Source: Albugo candida
Lineage: Eukaryota
Direction of reading: 5' to 3'
Assembly: GCA_040437565.1 (NCBI GenBank)
Contig: JBDOQK010000067.1
Span: 62,001-126,000 of the forward strand
DNA: 64,000 nucleotides
Translations under genes and position numbers: made by a program
Shown here: positions 11,218 to 23,917 of the stretch, piece by piece
How the letters are laid out: each line of letters opens with the position of its first letter
Position numbering within the stretch: position 1 is the stretch's first letter
Notes under the pieces: model-generated
Databases searched by the model: none
What the model saw: the letters and a program-made list of their open reading frames with translations, nothing else
Told to the model about the DNA's origin: nothing

Positions 11218-13668
11218 CCCGTTCCTTTCCGGTTGCACTTGAAGTTGTGTCATCTTCAACTTGCATTGTCCGATCCCTTAACTGCCATACCTCCCTTAGC
11301 TGAAGAAATCTTGACTTCGGAAACGCCTTCGTCTGCAAGTCGGCCATCATCTTCGACGTATGTACGTACCTTGGTGCGATAATTTTTCTGACTATGTTAG
11401 CTCTGACGAATTTTAGTCGGACGTCGATATGTTTTGCCTTGATTGAAATAGCTTCGTTTAGAAATTGACTGATAGCCGCCTGGTTATCCATCCAGAAGAT
11501 CATTGGCTCCTTCACTTTGACTTTTAACTCAGTGCTGCTTCTTGCATGACCAGATGATCGTCATTCCATTCAAATTGAATGCTGTACCAGATATGCTCTT
11601 TCTCGTTTCATCATCTGCTGCGTAATCAGCATCCGAAAATGCTTCCAGACTGACTTCTCTGGAATTCGTGCATACTTCACCACCCAAATAGAGCTTCAGA
11701 CTTTTAGTACCCTTAAGATACTTCACCACTCTGACAACTAACGCCCAATCGGCTGTTGTTGGTGCATGAGTACGTCTCGTCAGCTTATGCATAGCGAAAC
11801 TGATGTCTGGACGCGTGCAGCGTGCAATCCACAAAAGGCTGCCCGCCAAAGTAGTTGCCTTCTTGACTAAACGTATCTCCAAGTATTCCGAGTTTGATGT
11901 TGTACTATCACTGTAGTCTTGACCGATAGGCGTGAGAACCGGATGCGCTTCATCCATTACCATTTTCGTTATTAATTCGCATATAGACGGTTCCTGATCC
12001 AAATAGTATCCATCTTCATCGTTGTAGCGAACTCGCATGCCCAAAAACTTGCTGACGGGTCCGAGATTCTTGATTGAAAGACTTGAAAGATTATCAAATG
12101 TAGACTCAATTCCCGAAAAACTTGTCCCCGTTATCAGTATATCGTCGACTATACCCCCAAAACCGTAATTCCTATTGTGTCTTGGTCGTAATATAAACAT
12201 GAGTCTGTTAAACTTTCTTTGAAACCTGCATCGCTAACCTTCTCATGCAACAGGTGACTCCATAGCCGTCCTGCTTGTTTCAACCCATATATGCTCTTCT
12301 GTAAGCGTAGTACCACTTGATCACGACTCGTAACANNNNNNNNNNNNNNNNNNNNNNNNNNNNNNNNNNNNNNNNNNNNNNNNNNNNNNNNNNNNNNNNN
12401 NNNNNNNNNNNNNNNNNNNNNNNNNNNNNNNNNNNTAATCTTTGCCGATCCTGTCCACCCCAACTTCATTTCCTTCCCATTTGGAAGTATGCATGATTCG
12501 GTGCATTCCTTACGATGCTGTAACATGTTTACATCCGTTACAAGGTGCCTGCTGGATCCGCTGTCTAGTATCCATACTTTCTTCGTTTGTTCCAGCGTAG
12601 TACTTTTGCATCCAGTTTTTAAAACGATGTCTTCACTGCTGGAGGAGCTCTGGTTACGGCAATCCTTTTTCATGTGTCCACTTTTCCCGCAATTGTAGCA
12701 GCTCATTCGCTTTTTCGGCTTGAATTCCCTTATCGCACCGATTTGGTCTCGAAAAAACTTCTTTGGCTCTCTTGGTGCATCACTGATGGTGTCTGAATCC
12801 ATAAGCTGGGCAAAGTGACACAGTTCCTCGGCTTGCCTTCTGCTGTCTTCTCTCATTGTGTTGACACGGGCCATCAGAGCTTGTTTGAAATCAGGCTTTG
12901 AGTGCCTGATAACGCTTTCCAGAAGCATATCATCGGCTCCACCGACTGCCTCATTGAGTGCCGACAAGAACAAAAAATGCTCACTCCAAGAACGTCCAGT
13001 CGATTTTTTGGCCGTAAAAAGGCGTGTTGCCTGCGTCCTGGTTATGTTGGGCCGGAATACTTCGTTGATCCGGTCCAACACTTCTTCAACGCATAGAGCA
13101 CTGAGTCATCCATTGAGGGACTTGCTGCTCGTAATAAGTGAGCGCTTTTCCGCTCAGATGCCGTCCTGGGCAGTCCAGCTTCACCTCCTCACTTCAAATT
13201 CCACCGGATGCTTGCTGGGCGTGCGATAGTTGCCGCAAGAAACGACAACCCCATTGGGTAAACGGCGCTCCAAGTCCCGAGTATGTCTCTTTCCCCGTCG
13301 AATGGCTGAATGGCTAGCTTCATATCCCTTATTGCTGGGATTTCACTCGATTTAGCCCATCCAGTGCATTATGTTGCATGACATGGACAAAGCTTTTCCT
13401 CATCCCGCTTCCACGATGCTGCATTGGTTCTGCATCCAGGGATGACATTGTCAAACCCTGTCCTTGGTTGCGTGGCCCAGCAAAGAAGCTCTCCGCTCGC
13501 GTGGGTGGTACTGGTACGGGCGAGCCGACGCTCCGCTCGGTTTCGATCTTGTCCAGTCCATTTCCGAGTGTCTCCAGCAGCAGCATCATTCGTTCCATCT
13601 TCGACTCATCTGATCCGTCGGATTCTTCCATGGTCTTGGCTGGTGGAATCTTGGTTGGGCTCATAAAC

Positions 13669-13787
13669 TGTTGGCAGGTGAGCGAAGATGCGGTGTGCTC
13701 CAGAAAATTGCCAAAATTGAGCTTTTATTTTTTAAAATCCTAACTAATCGTTTAAGAACCTAAAACACATGTCAAGTTCTTTCAACA
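13669..13787 (-). repeat. 5' LTR of the copia element (119 bp), followed by the primer-binding site
   Basis: TGTTGGCAGGTGAGCGAAGATGCGG...TTCTTTCAACA. The minus-strand PBS GTTTATGAGCCCA (13656-13668) overlaps the gag ATG. Confidence 0.9.
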
Positions 13788-13890
13788 AAAGCCAACAGCA
13801 CCATACATGTGGTTTGGAATTCTGATCGCATCTTGCTTGTTTGGTGTTGCTTTTTGACGTCGTGTTGTCTTGTAGTCTTGTATCTGGAAA

Positions 13891-13906
13891 GCAAATTGCG
13901 GAATGA
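13891..13906 (-). promoter_or_regulatory. Oomycete INR+FPR core promoter of the disrupted secreted gene
   Basis: Minus-strand TCATTCCGCAATTTGC lies about 60 nt upstream of ATG 13831 and matches the oomycete TCATTYYNCAWTTT-type initiator plus flanking region. Confidence 0.65.
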
Positions 13907-16900
13907 AGAGATTTGGGAAATGATCAGGTAGCCTGTAAAATTAGTGGCTCACAGGCAATCGCGTAAAGTGGGATGAAGCGGAAACGCGGCAACGCTTGGC
14001 CTGAGTACACAGACCAAGACCAGAAGCAGATTGGTCCTGATTCCTCTATCGGTTGTGTGTAATCATGTCCGTTGGAAAATTCTCGACGAAGAGCCGGACT
14101 GCATTAGTGAATATTTTACCTCTATCAAGCGTGTTTAGAATGAATGGCTATAGATGGGTGGCTTCAGATGGTAGGCCTGCTTCCTCTCATTTCCCAGTGC
14201 AATTGTGCTCAGCAATCCGGATAACTTCATCAAATCCTTGTAAATTATTCGCTCCTGTTTACTTTTCAAAGTCTCTCTTTTATTTACTAGCATTGCTGCT
14301 TGTTTCTCTGTGCTTCTGTAGTTACCGTCTTTTGTGTCACGTTCAAACGCTTCCGCCAGGTTCTGTATCAAGTGAGGTCATAAGGTACAGTATTGCGCAA
14401 ATTATCGGCAGTGTGTGTTTAAGTCACCACCACCACCATACGCTTACCACACATCATAGTAACGTGTTCTCTGACTCAGTGAAAGCACAATGAAGTCTTG
14501 CATGGAACCCGAAGACACCAAAGACGACACTGCAAACAACTATATACCCATTTTATCTTAAAAAACAGAACGACAAATTTGTCGAATACATTCCCTAGTG
14601 TCACATCGGTTGACCACTTCCGCCTCGGCATCGTGTGATCTTTGCTTCTTTATAAGATAATCATCTTATTTATGCTCGTCAGAGTATTGACTGTCCACTT
14701 CCGTTCCTTGATGCTGAGGCATTCGCATGGGNNNNNNNNNNNNNNNNNNNNNNNNNNNNNNNNNNNNNNNNNNNNNNNNNNNNNNNNNNNNNNNNNNNNN
14801 NNNNNNNNNNNNNNNNNNNNNNNNNNNNNNNCACGTTCAAACGCTTCCGCCAGGTTCTGTATCAAGTGAGGTCATAAGGTACAGTATTGCGCAAATTATC
14901 GGCAGTGTGTGTTTAAGTCACCACCACCACCATACGCTTACCACACATCATAGTAACGTGTTCTCTGACTCAGTGAAAGCACAATGAAGTCTTGCATGGA
15001 ACCCGAAGACACCAAAGACGACACTGCAAACAACTATATACCCATTTTATCTTAAAAAACAGAACGACAAATTTGTCGAATACATTCCCTAGTGTCACAT
15101 CGGTTGACCACTTCCGCCTCGGCATCGTGTGATCTTTGCTTCTTTATAAGATAATCATCTTATTTATGCTCGTCAGAGTATTGACTGTCCACTTCCGTTC
15201 CTTGATGCTGAGGCATTCGCATGGGAAGTATCTACACCCAAACTTCGCCACAATATCTATAGCGTGTTTGTGACGCAACTACTAAACTCTAAAATCCCAA
15301 GCGTAGCTACCTTAGATCGGGCGCAGTGTCCATGTCAAGTGATCATAAGAATTCGGACATAATCCATAGAGCTGCTCACTGGAATAGAAAAAGACGACAG
15401 AGAATTCTAGCTCCACGTGATTCAAACTTCCCACATACTTGATCTGGATAATGCGAATGGCCGTGTTCTGACCAAAGAGGAAGGTATCTCAGCCAAGGGC
15501 TGTGCAAGTCAACCAAGAAGAGATAATGAAAGTGATGAAACGTTTCGATGAAACGACGACCACATGCCTGTGCAGTGTCTTGTGTCTGAAGCTTTTATAT
15601 ACAAGTCGAGTCTGAATTTTCATTTCCGAGGAATGGTGAGAGAAAAGCTGTATGAAGTGAGGTGTTGGAATTGTTCCATCCCAAGGAATGTAGCCTAAGC
15701 TTCATCCACACCGAAATTGAGAGAGAAATCAAATACTTCAGTACTCGGCTAATAACTTAGCACTCTGCCATGGTGGCCATTCGTGGCACGGACCTTTGAC
15801 TAAAACGGCTCCAGATGGAGCACAAAAGGTGAAAAACTATCACCTTGACGAGAAGCTAAGCAAATAAGATGATTTTTTTTCAAGCTGACTGACTTTCTGT
15901 TAGAAATGTAGAGTTGAAGCTGGTCCATCGTTTGTATGGACATCTTAAGACGTCAAAATGCATTCATTTCAGAAAAGAATGGTTTCTGTACAGAACCCAA
16001 CTATAGTCATGTATTCTCTTTAACTTCCAACTTGATATGCCAATACAGCCACCAAGACGCTTCTTATTCAGACTCAGATTTATGCAATATCAGCTAATGG
16101 TACCTCACTTGTCGATTGATCACGAGGGGGTCTATATCATTGAGAGTTTTCGTGCCAAAGCGGTAACTGCGTATTTCCTGTGGCTCCAGGGGCCATGTGC
16201 AATGCTACTTTCATCAAGCAGCGCTAAATGAGCCAAGAGTCGCTATCTATGTCGCGCTAGGCCTACACACGACTAGGCAACAAAGCTATTTTCATACTTC
16301 TCAATACTATAAAGGCGAAGCTTATGTTGGCGTTCAGCTTCCCTCTGCTCTGCCAGGTATCTCTACGGTGGTTGTTCTGTCAGCACAGAAACAACAGTCA
16401 AAAAGTGATAACATGTTCTTGTGGCTTACCCTGGAATGTAGCTTTTCATTCGAAGAATAAATTCAAGCTACAGCGGGTTATTTTTGAGGATCACAGAAAA
16501 AGACTCACGTTGTTGTTCATTATGGTAATAGCAAGATGGTCGCACTTGGTGGTGAGGATCAACCGAAGCACGTGATGTCGGCCATTACGTTTTTGGGTAG
16601 TGGTGCACAAGTAGACATGTTTATGTCTCACGACGATCTTCAAGATTGCTGGTAAGAGACACAAATCTTTGTTTGCATCACGGGGTATCCAGTGCCCCAC
16701 AATAAATGAAGAAGGAAGGCTCGCTGATGAAATGCGTATTCTCAAAATACTTGCCGGAGACCGCGCTACCATTTGAATTCTTGTGACAATGCAGAAAATA
16801 GCTGCATATAACGGATACTGCAAGTAGAAAGGTTCGATTTTGTCAAAAGTGGCATCTGAGAGTATTGTTTACGCAAGATTGACAAGTTCAGTTGACATAT

Positions 16901-18021
16901 GAACGAAGAGAAGCAACATAGCTTGTCTTTTGTTCTAGCGGAAGACATCGTCAAAGAAGGCAAAGGAAAAGAATCAAGATCGATCTACAAGCGATAAGCT
17001 ATCTGGTTTGGGCTCTCGTCAGGAAATTTTGGTGTACATTGAAGCTTCTTTGGCTCTCCCTGCTACTTTAGGAATATTTTTAATCACCTAGCTTAGTCCG
17101 CTATAGAGCATCACAGTGTTTCTATTACTGCTGCGTCATTGGTGCTATCGATGCAGTTTAGTAAGCAATGTGAATAGCGGTTTACAAGCTCTTCATTACA
17201 GTCAAGTACGCAGCTCTTTGAGGGGGAATTATATAGAATCTGCTGTAGCGTGTGTCATGACACGATTTGCGCAGTCACCACGCCAAACCGTTCGAATGCT
17301 CCGCCTTACTTTGGTGGGTATCAATTCCGAACGAATGCTCATTCTAATCACCTTCCTTGTTGCGCTGCACAGGGTCGTTTCTAAGTGGGATTCCTCTTCC
17401 ATACTACACCATATCGTGAGTTGTACTTTGCAGTGAGAAATGCTATAGTCTGATCCTCCATATCCTGGCGTTTTTCACCCCAGAACAAGCTATCTGGGCG
17501 CTTTCTAGCTCGGTGCTTCGATGGAGATGGAGTCAGTCAGCCCAAGTCGTGCACAGTAAATGTTTCATACTTGATCTTTGCGCATTGCTTGGCACGCGTT
17601 TGTCACCTTTCAATCATAAATCGTCAATTGATAGCATTCTCAATCGTAGTCAACTCGAGTAAAATCAGTCCCCGTCCAGACTGCATTCTACCCAGCGTCG
17701 GGTCTTAATTCGTTATCATGTTGTGGTAAGGATCTCATCAAGAGCAACATATCCTTCCTCGGCTGCTAGACCAAGACTATGAGCACCTATAGTTATCTGT
17801 TCAAGTCGTGGATTTCACTCGGAACGATGCGACGAACATCTCTAGGCCAATTTATTTGGTGCCGAACGATGCCGTTCCTTTCACGTAGCTCTTATTTTGT
17901 CTGCTCTTGCGTTATCGGAAACAAGGTGGACGGGTGCTACATGTACGCAGAAAAATAGAGAATACTCCTAGGAAAAAATCACGTATAGAATTGTTTTACA
18001 AAGTATTGGACAAGGAAGCAT

Positions 18022-19758
18022 TTAAGGCCATGGAAGTATCTCAAAATCGTCAAACACTTTGCCACTCTCACTCAACACAAATTGGACGCGCATCTTTTTT
18101 TCCGTCGAGTGTATCTTCAAGTATCCATAATCTTGCACGTGTCGAACACTGCACTTGCCGATCTCATTTCCGAACCCGCCTGTCTCCAAGTCAGCGCCGG
18201 CCGTGCCAGCAACAACATGAACTGTTCCTTGCTTCACACATTGACCACCTTTGGTGGGACCAATCCGCTCATATGAATGCTGGTGACCACAAAACACGAT
18301 ATTGACTTTGTATTGGTATAGAAGCGATTCCAATTCTTCTCGCATGTGAGTTGCGACAAAGAGATCCGCGTCCTCTTCTCGTTGCGACGTGTACATCATC
18401 CGATGAGTGGTAAGCAGAATCCACGGAGTTTTCTTGCGATCGACTTGGCTCAACTCTTTTTCGAGCCATTTGTATTGTACGGAACCTTTACGCCAATCGT
18501 GCTCTGATGAAATTTGCACAACAAAAACACCACCGTATACGAAGGAGTACCAATATATGGAATTTCCGTTTTCGGGTGTATGGAATCGATGATACGTTGG
18601 AACTGAGCACTCCCCGAAAGAGTCGTCACCAAAATTCCCCCAAGACGGCTGAAATGCCATTCCACCGTTTTTACCATCACCACCTCCGCTCGGGTCATGA
18701 GAACTACCATGAGACTTATAGTCGTACTCGTGATTTCCAATGCTTACCATATACGGCACTCGTGTTGCGATAGGCTCAATCATGTGAAAGAACTCATCCC
18801 ACACAAAACCTCGCCCAAAAGCATAACTGATGTCACCAAAATGAAGTACAAAGCTCTCGAATCCGTTTGATGTAACTTCCTTTAAAATACGACTTGCAAC
18901 AATTCTTGACGCAGGACTGACTCCCATGTCTCCATACGCTATGAATTTTGTCTCTTTGCTGGAAGGTCCTGGACGTGAACGAAAACTTCGTACTGAGCTC
19001 CACCCATGCTTCTCGTTTCCAAATCTATAATAATACTCGGTATTCAATTTTAAATTCGATAACTTGACTTTGTGCATGAAGCCAGGATCACGAAACATTC
19101 CTTGACTCTCCATAGTAGCAGGGAAATCGCACATGTCCGATGAACGGTACGTTGTCGAGCTTCCTGATGCACTAGAACTCAGTTGCGAAGCGCTTTCACC
19201 GTACTGAACCATTGGCTTGACTTCATTGGATGCCGAGTTGAACATCACGACCATTTGATCTAGCGCTGATGAGAAAGCAAGATGGCCATGTTTGGGTGCA
19301 TTTGGTGACTCCTTCATCGGAATTTTAACTTGGCCCAACTTTGGATATGTTTCTGCGGTTTGTGAATCGCTGTATCCGTAGTACATGACAACGTAGTCGC
19401 ACCGGAGCATCACCAACTTGTCAAATCGAACAGAATTTTTCGAATTGGGCTCTAATACTTCCTTGACGTTAAATTCCCTTAGAAAGTCTCTTTTTTGGCT
19501 CATAGGTCCACAAACAAGTGCTATAGTATCGTTATCGGCTGCTTGGTACTGTCCATCCCAAGTGATAACCACATCTCCCCCATCTGCCACCATTGAAGGA
19601 TTAGACTTTAGATGTAGCTGGAAGTTTTTGCCAGTACGCGGCGCACTACCATCGAGATTTCTCAAGGAGGATGTGGTCGTTGTGTACGTTTTCCCATCTA
19701 TGTGCGCAGCACAAGCAAGCAAATAAGTTAAGACACACCTTTGCGTCCACATTGTCAT
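18022..19758 (-). CDS. Secreted purple acid phosphatase (calcineurin-like metallophosphoesterase with Fn3-like N-domain), intronless
   Basis: Signal-peptide-like N-terminus. PAP metal-ligand blocks YGDMG, HFGDISYA, IGNHE, HRMMY and GHQHSYER. First in-frame ATG at 19758. Confidence 0.92.
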   Translation of the reverse strand: MTMWTQRCVLTYLLACAAHIDGKTYTTTTSSLRNLDGSAPRTGKNFQLHLKSNPSMVADGGDVVITWDGQYQAADNDTIALVCGPMSQKRDFLREFNVKEVLEPNSKNSVRFDKLVMLRCDYVVMYYGYSDSQTAETYPKLGQVKIPMKESPNAPKHGHLAFSSALDQMVVMFNSASNEVKPMVQYGESASQLSSSASGSSTTYRSSDMCDFPATMESQGMFRDPGFMHKVKLSNLKLNTEYYYRFGNEKHGWSSVRSFRSRPGPSSKETKFIAYGDMGVSPASRIVASRILKEVTSNGFESFVLHFGDISYAFGRGFVWDEFFHMIEPIATRVPYMVSIGNHEYDYKSHGSSHDPSGGGDGKNGGMAFQPSWGNFGDDSFGECSVPTYHRFHTPENGNSIYWYSFVYGGVFVVQISSEHDWRKGSVQYKWLEKELSQVDRKKTPWILLTTHRMMYTSQREEDADLFVATHMREELESLLYQYKVNIVFCGHQHSYERIGPTKGGQCVKQGTVHVVAGTAGADLETGGFGNEIGKCSVRHVQDYGYLKIHSTEKKMRVQFVLSESGKVFDDFEILPWP

Positions 19759-20520
19759 GGATTTCGATGTTTGAATCGCCACACAGCAAAATCTATTATG
19801 AGGCCTTTGTTATAATTGTTCGCAGAGATGATGTATTAGAGGACATAAAATTCTCAGCTGCAATAGAATCAGATAATGAATTGGCCTCTGTCGTATTACT
19901 TACGATTCTCACGACGTAGTAATGTTACAGCCGTTGAATCAATATGAATGATATACACAATCTACTGCATAATGTGCGATATAGCAGCAGTGATTCTAAC
20001 CGCAGACGACGAAACATACCTCTATTCATGTGGAAGCGAGCCGCTCATCTTCTTGCGACATCCCGATCGCATGAGACTTTGGTACCTGCGTCTACTGGCA
20101 ATTTTCTTGTACGCATTAGTAATATCGCTCGCTTCTTTATGATTTATTGTACAATTGAGCTTACATTGATCTGCTTGGAAACCTGTCGTACTTCTTTTCA
20201 TTAAGACGAGCTGCACAGCATGGATGCTGAGCTCCAATCTTGGTCACACAGCCTTTATTTTCGCAGAGCGCTTCGCACCTTCTGGGATGATCAGCTCTCA
20301 GCAAGTGTCACATTCTGGTCCACGACACAACGGATTCGAATGTTAGGGAATCTCGCCAATTGGTCATCACAAATGAAATGAATCTATCGCAGAGGCATGG
20401 AATGTGCTGCTAAGCGTTTGATTATTATTGCACTTTACGAAATATCAAGTAGAAAAAAATCACGTAAACGTCATGCTAAATTCATGTTATCACGATCGAC
20501 TTTACTTGGAACATATCAAG

Positions 20521-20859
20521 CTACTGGGGCGGGTCTGCAAAGACTTTGCTGATGTAAGGAGTTTGTTGGTGGCTACCGCAGCTATCGATTTTGACATAAA
20601 CCATATAATCATGGCACACTCTTATACATGGAGAATGGCATGTGAGGTTCACACCAGCAATCTTCAAGACAATAAAGGCAGCGTCAGAAGCCAAAATGAT
20701 GTTTACGTATCTGAATCCAGCATCAAATTCTGTGGCGATACTCCGCTCATCTAACAATCTGTTTTTTAGATAGTCAACGTCGATGCTGACAGCTGAAGGT
20801 TGGCTAGCTTGCAGGTATGTAATTGTAAAGCAGATCGTAAGAATTAGCTTTCCATACAT
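20521..20859 (-). CDS. Small secreted Cys-containing protein (112 aa), candidate effector
   Basis: Signal peptide MYGKLILTICFTITYLQA, intronless, four Cys in the mature region, and a strong INR+FPR about 50 nt upstream. Confidence 0.65.
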   Translation of the reverse strand: MYGKLILTICFTITYLQASQPSAVSIDVDYLKNRLLDERSIATEFDAGFRYVNIILASDAAFIVLKIAGVNLTCHSPCIRVCHDYMVYVKIDSCGSHQQTPYISKVFADPPQ

Positions 20860-20907
20860 TGGACTTGATGAAACAGCTGGTGGTGTGGGTAATCTTGTTC
20901 ACTGCTT

Positions 20908-20924
20908 GAAAATTGAAAATGAGC
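20908..20924 (-). promoter_or_regulatory. Oomycete INR+FPR core promoter
   Basis: Minus-strand GCTCATTTTCAATTTTC upstream of ATG 20859. Confidence 0.65.
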
Positions 20925-21396
20925 GTTGACATCGACGTGCCTTATGACATGTGACAGCTGCCAAATGTGATAGAGGGCGTATCCATTTTTCCTCGTGGAA
21001 TTAGATGGTGTAATGTTACATAGAGTCAAGCGCATAGAATGGTCAGTTTAGCTGACGTGCTGTCACGTCAGCACTTACAAATTTCGATATTCTATTTCTT
21101 TGCCACGTGCGAGGTCACGCATCACACAAAAAAAGTCAAGTAATTGATAATTGTCGAACGCGATAAGCTCGCATAGTAAAGAATGGGACTGTATAGACGC
21201 CCTGTGTGTGCTCTATTTGCTCGCTGAGCATGAATGTTCAATAGCCTTTTCGTTAAGAAGCTCTTTTATTATGAATACGAACGTCCAAATCGTTCATTTT
21301 GATCTACTGTCAAATTCTCTTATCGCCGCGTCAAGTGATCTACATGGTCGGTCGCCTCGTGACTGTATTCATTTTAGAATAGAGAATGAACAGAAT

Positions 21397-23917
21397 CTAC
21401 ATTTCATCCTCTTTGACCATTGTTTCTAGCATTCCTGTCGGAATTTGTTGTGCTGTAGCGGCAAACGCATTGGCTTTGTGTTTGGGTGCAAACTCGAAAT
21501 CGTCAGGTACGGAACCGAGTAACAATTCCGATAATTTTATCCAGTCTACTGCTTGATCACTTGCCATCAGCGTTTCTAGATCGTTCCGACCGTAGTACGG
21601 AGCAGGACGATCATTGATTTTTTGCGGTAAGTGCTCCAATATTCCAACGGGGACGTATCTGCAGAGAAATGACTGCCACTCTAGTAGATAGCGACGGGTA
21701 CGATTGACACCCTTCTGGTCAGTTCCCCAATGTTCCAAGCCAAATTTTACAAAGTCTTTCAACAAATCAAACCTTTCAGAAGCTGAAATGTCAAAGTGCC
21801 GTCTTTCTTTGATCTCAATCGGTAGCCATGGTTTGATGAGTGCTCCCCGTGCGATCATACAAGTGTCAAGCTTTCCATTTTTGAGATGTTCATCAAATTC
21901 GACAAACGACAAAACATCCCCACCTCCAATGAAGGAAGTATCTACTACATTGTCGCTACAAGCATCCGCACAGCGATAAATGTAATCCCAATCAGCTTCT
22001 TTCGTGTAACGTTGAAGTCTTGAACGACCATGGATTGCGATGGCACGAACGGATTGAGAGTTGTCAAGTTTGCACCATTGCGAACTATCCAGATCGACAA
22101 AAGTCATCGATGATCGAGTAGTACTTATTTTGGACACGAGTTTGTGAGCGGAAGGTTGTTTCTCCGACCATCCAGTGCGCAATTTCACACTCAAAGCCGG
22201 ACAGNNNNNNNNNNNNNNNNNNNNNNNNNNNNNNNNNNNNNNNNNNNNNNNNNNNNNNNNNNNNNNNNNNNNNNNNNNNNNNNNNNNNNNNNNNNNNNNN
22301 NNNNAAAGTCTTTCAACAAATCAAACCTTTCAGAAGCTGAAATGTCAAAGTGCCGTCTTTCTTTGATCTCAATCGGTAGCCATGGTTTGATGAGTGCTCC
22401 CCGTGCGATCATACAAGTGTCAAGCTTTCCATTTTTGAGATGTTCATCAAATTCGACAAACGACAAAACATCCCCACCTCCAATGAAGGAAGTATCTACT
22501 ACATTGTCGCTACAAGCATCCGCACAGCGATAAATGTAATCCCAATCAGCTTCTTTCGTGTAACGTTGAAGTCTTGAACGACCATGGATTGCGATGGCAC
22601 GAACGGATTGAGAGTTGTCAAGTTTGCACCATTGCGAACTATCCAGATCGACAAAAGTCATCGATGATCGAGTAGTACTTATTTTGGACACGAGTTTGTG
22701 AGCGGAAGGTTGTTTCTCCGACCATCCAGTGCGCAATTTCACACTCAAAGCCGGACAGCAAAACGCCGATGAACCGGCAAGTATTTTTCGAGATTGAAGG
22801 CGATGCTGCTGACCGATTTGAATCCCAGTCAATGCTCCAGATATGACCTCCAGGAGCCGAGCTGGTCGAGTCATTAACGCAGAGCCCGATCCAGCTCTGC
22901 AGACAAGGTCGATCGGACATCCCATGTTGATATCGATGAAATCAATATCGGTCTCGCGAGTCAATAACTCACAAACTCGAGCCATTTGATCTCCATGACC
23001 ACCAGCGATCTGTACACCAAAAACATCCTCACTTTTGTGCCTGCGAAGCAAAGCCCATTCCGATTGCTGAGCCTGTAAAATATTAGAAGACATTGCCATT
23101 TCCCCACACGTGATATCAGCACCAGTTTGCTTGAGTAAACGACGAAATGGAAGATTTCCAACGGTTGTCAAAGGCGCAACATAAATTTTCCGCTTAAAGT
23201 CGATTTTCTTTCGTTCAGGGATCAGCGGACTCGGGTCTGCTTCTTCTGGTAAGGGCGGCTTTATATCGGGATCCGCCTCTTTTGGTGATCTTGAGCCCGA
23301 TTTCTGGTTTCGTTTATCCTTCCTCTTTATGCATCCAAAACGATATTTGTTCTTCCGTAGGCACTCGCGTAAATCTAAGGACAACTGATTAGTTTCTTCG
23401 TCCTCTCGTTTTCTTCGCATATTGACGTCTTTTTCTTTCTCGGTCTCCGTCACATTCTCAATCACCACATCGCTCGCATGGCCTTTATTCACGGTATGCG
23501 CAGACGCAAATCGACATTTCAATCCATATTCACACTCTCCAAATGCGTCAAATAATGGACAATGCGAATGTATATCTTTGGGCTTTCGTTTCATATAATC
23601 ACTGATTTCATGACTAAATTTGCAGCTTTCTCCGTATTGACATGGCTCGTTCACTGCAATAAATCGACAAAGAACAACAGAAGGATCTTCGACTTGGTCA
23701 ATTGGACGTTTCTTGAAAGTTCCTCGCTCTTTTGTTTTCATCGATCTGACATTCTTATCCGTTATTTCTCCTTCCGGTTTAGCATCATTATCCGCTGTAT
23801 GGGTCGATGGTATGGGTCTTAGATATCTAAAGATCAGAAATATGAGTTGCGTGAAGAAGAAAGGATTCAAAGAATAGCGTACTGAGGTTTGATTGCGGCT
23901 TCACCACGTCCAACCAT
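21397..23917 (-). CDS. DUS3: tRNA-dihydrouridine(47) synthase DUS3 (CCCH zinc fingers plus Dus domain); about 450 bp duplicated across the gap
   Basis: MVGRGEAAIKPQ first exon, two CCCH fingers, then APLTTVGNLPFRR, DINMGCPID, IHGRSRLQRY, ARGALIKPW and GLEHWGTD. Confidence 0.93.

Larger units (their letters stand above)
11069..13787 (-). mobile_element. Ty1/copia LTR retrotransposon, degenerate; integrase region missing at the assembly gap
   Basis: TG...CA LTRs at 11069-11217 and 13669-13787, with 5-bp TSD AAAGC (11064-11068, 13788-13792). Coding remnants: gag zinc knuckle CYNCGKSGHMKKDC, protease WILDSGSSRH, RT LQKSIYGLKQAGRLW and VDDILITG, RNase H FSDADYA...DNQAAI...KAKHIDVR...ADLQTK. Frameshifts and an internal stop are present. 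Confidence 0.95.
10815..13831 (-). pseudogene. Disrupted paralogue of the small secreted protein at 28512-28829
   Basis: ATG 13831 gives MRSEFQTTCMVLLAF, then the copia insertion, then TPTSVSVCPTTSHEAAEGLDAKISGKPMLRS. A 4-bp CGAT duplication near 10970 shifts the frame. The restored frame ends LGSVHGPSKSLGFLSCFFGSLCG...LLGRKN* at TAA 10815-10817. Confidence 0.85.

Noticed and set aside
14338-15225. ~390-bp exact direct repeat around gap 14732-14831
   Set aside because: Identical sequence on both sides of a 100-N gap indicates an unmerged contig overlap.
15250-17900. Fragmentary protein-like stretches upstream of the copia/pseudogene block
   Set aside because: Interrupted by stops, with no family motif I can name.
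21749-22758. Apparent tandem duplication of the DUS3 catalytic region
   Set aside because: Identical copies flank a 100-N gap; assembly overlap, single gene.
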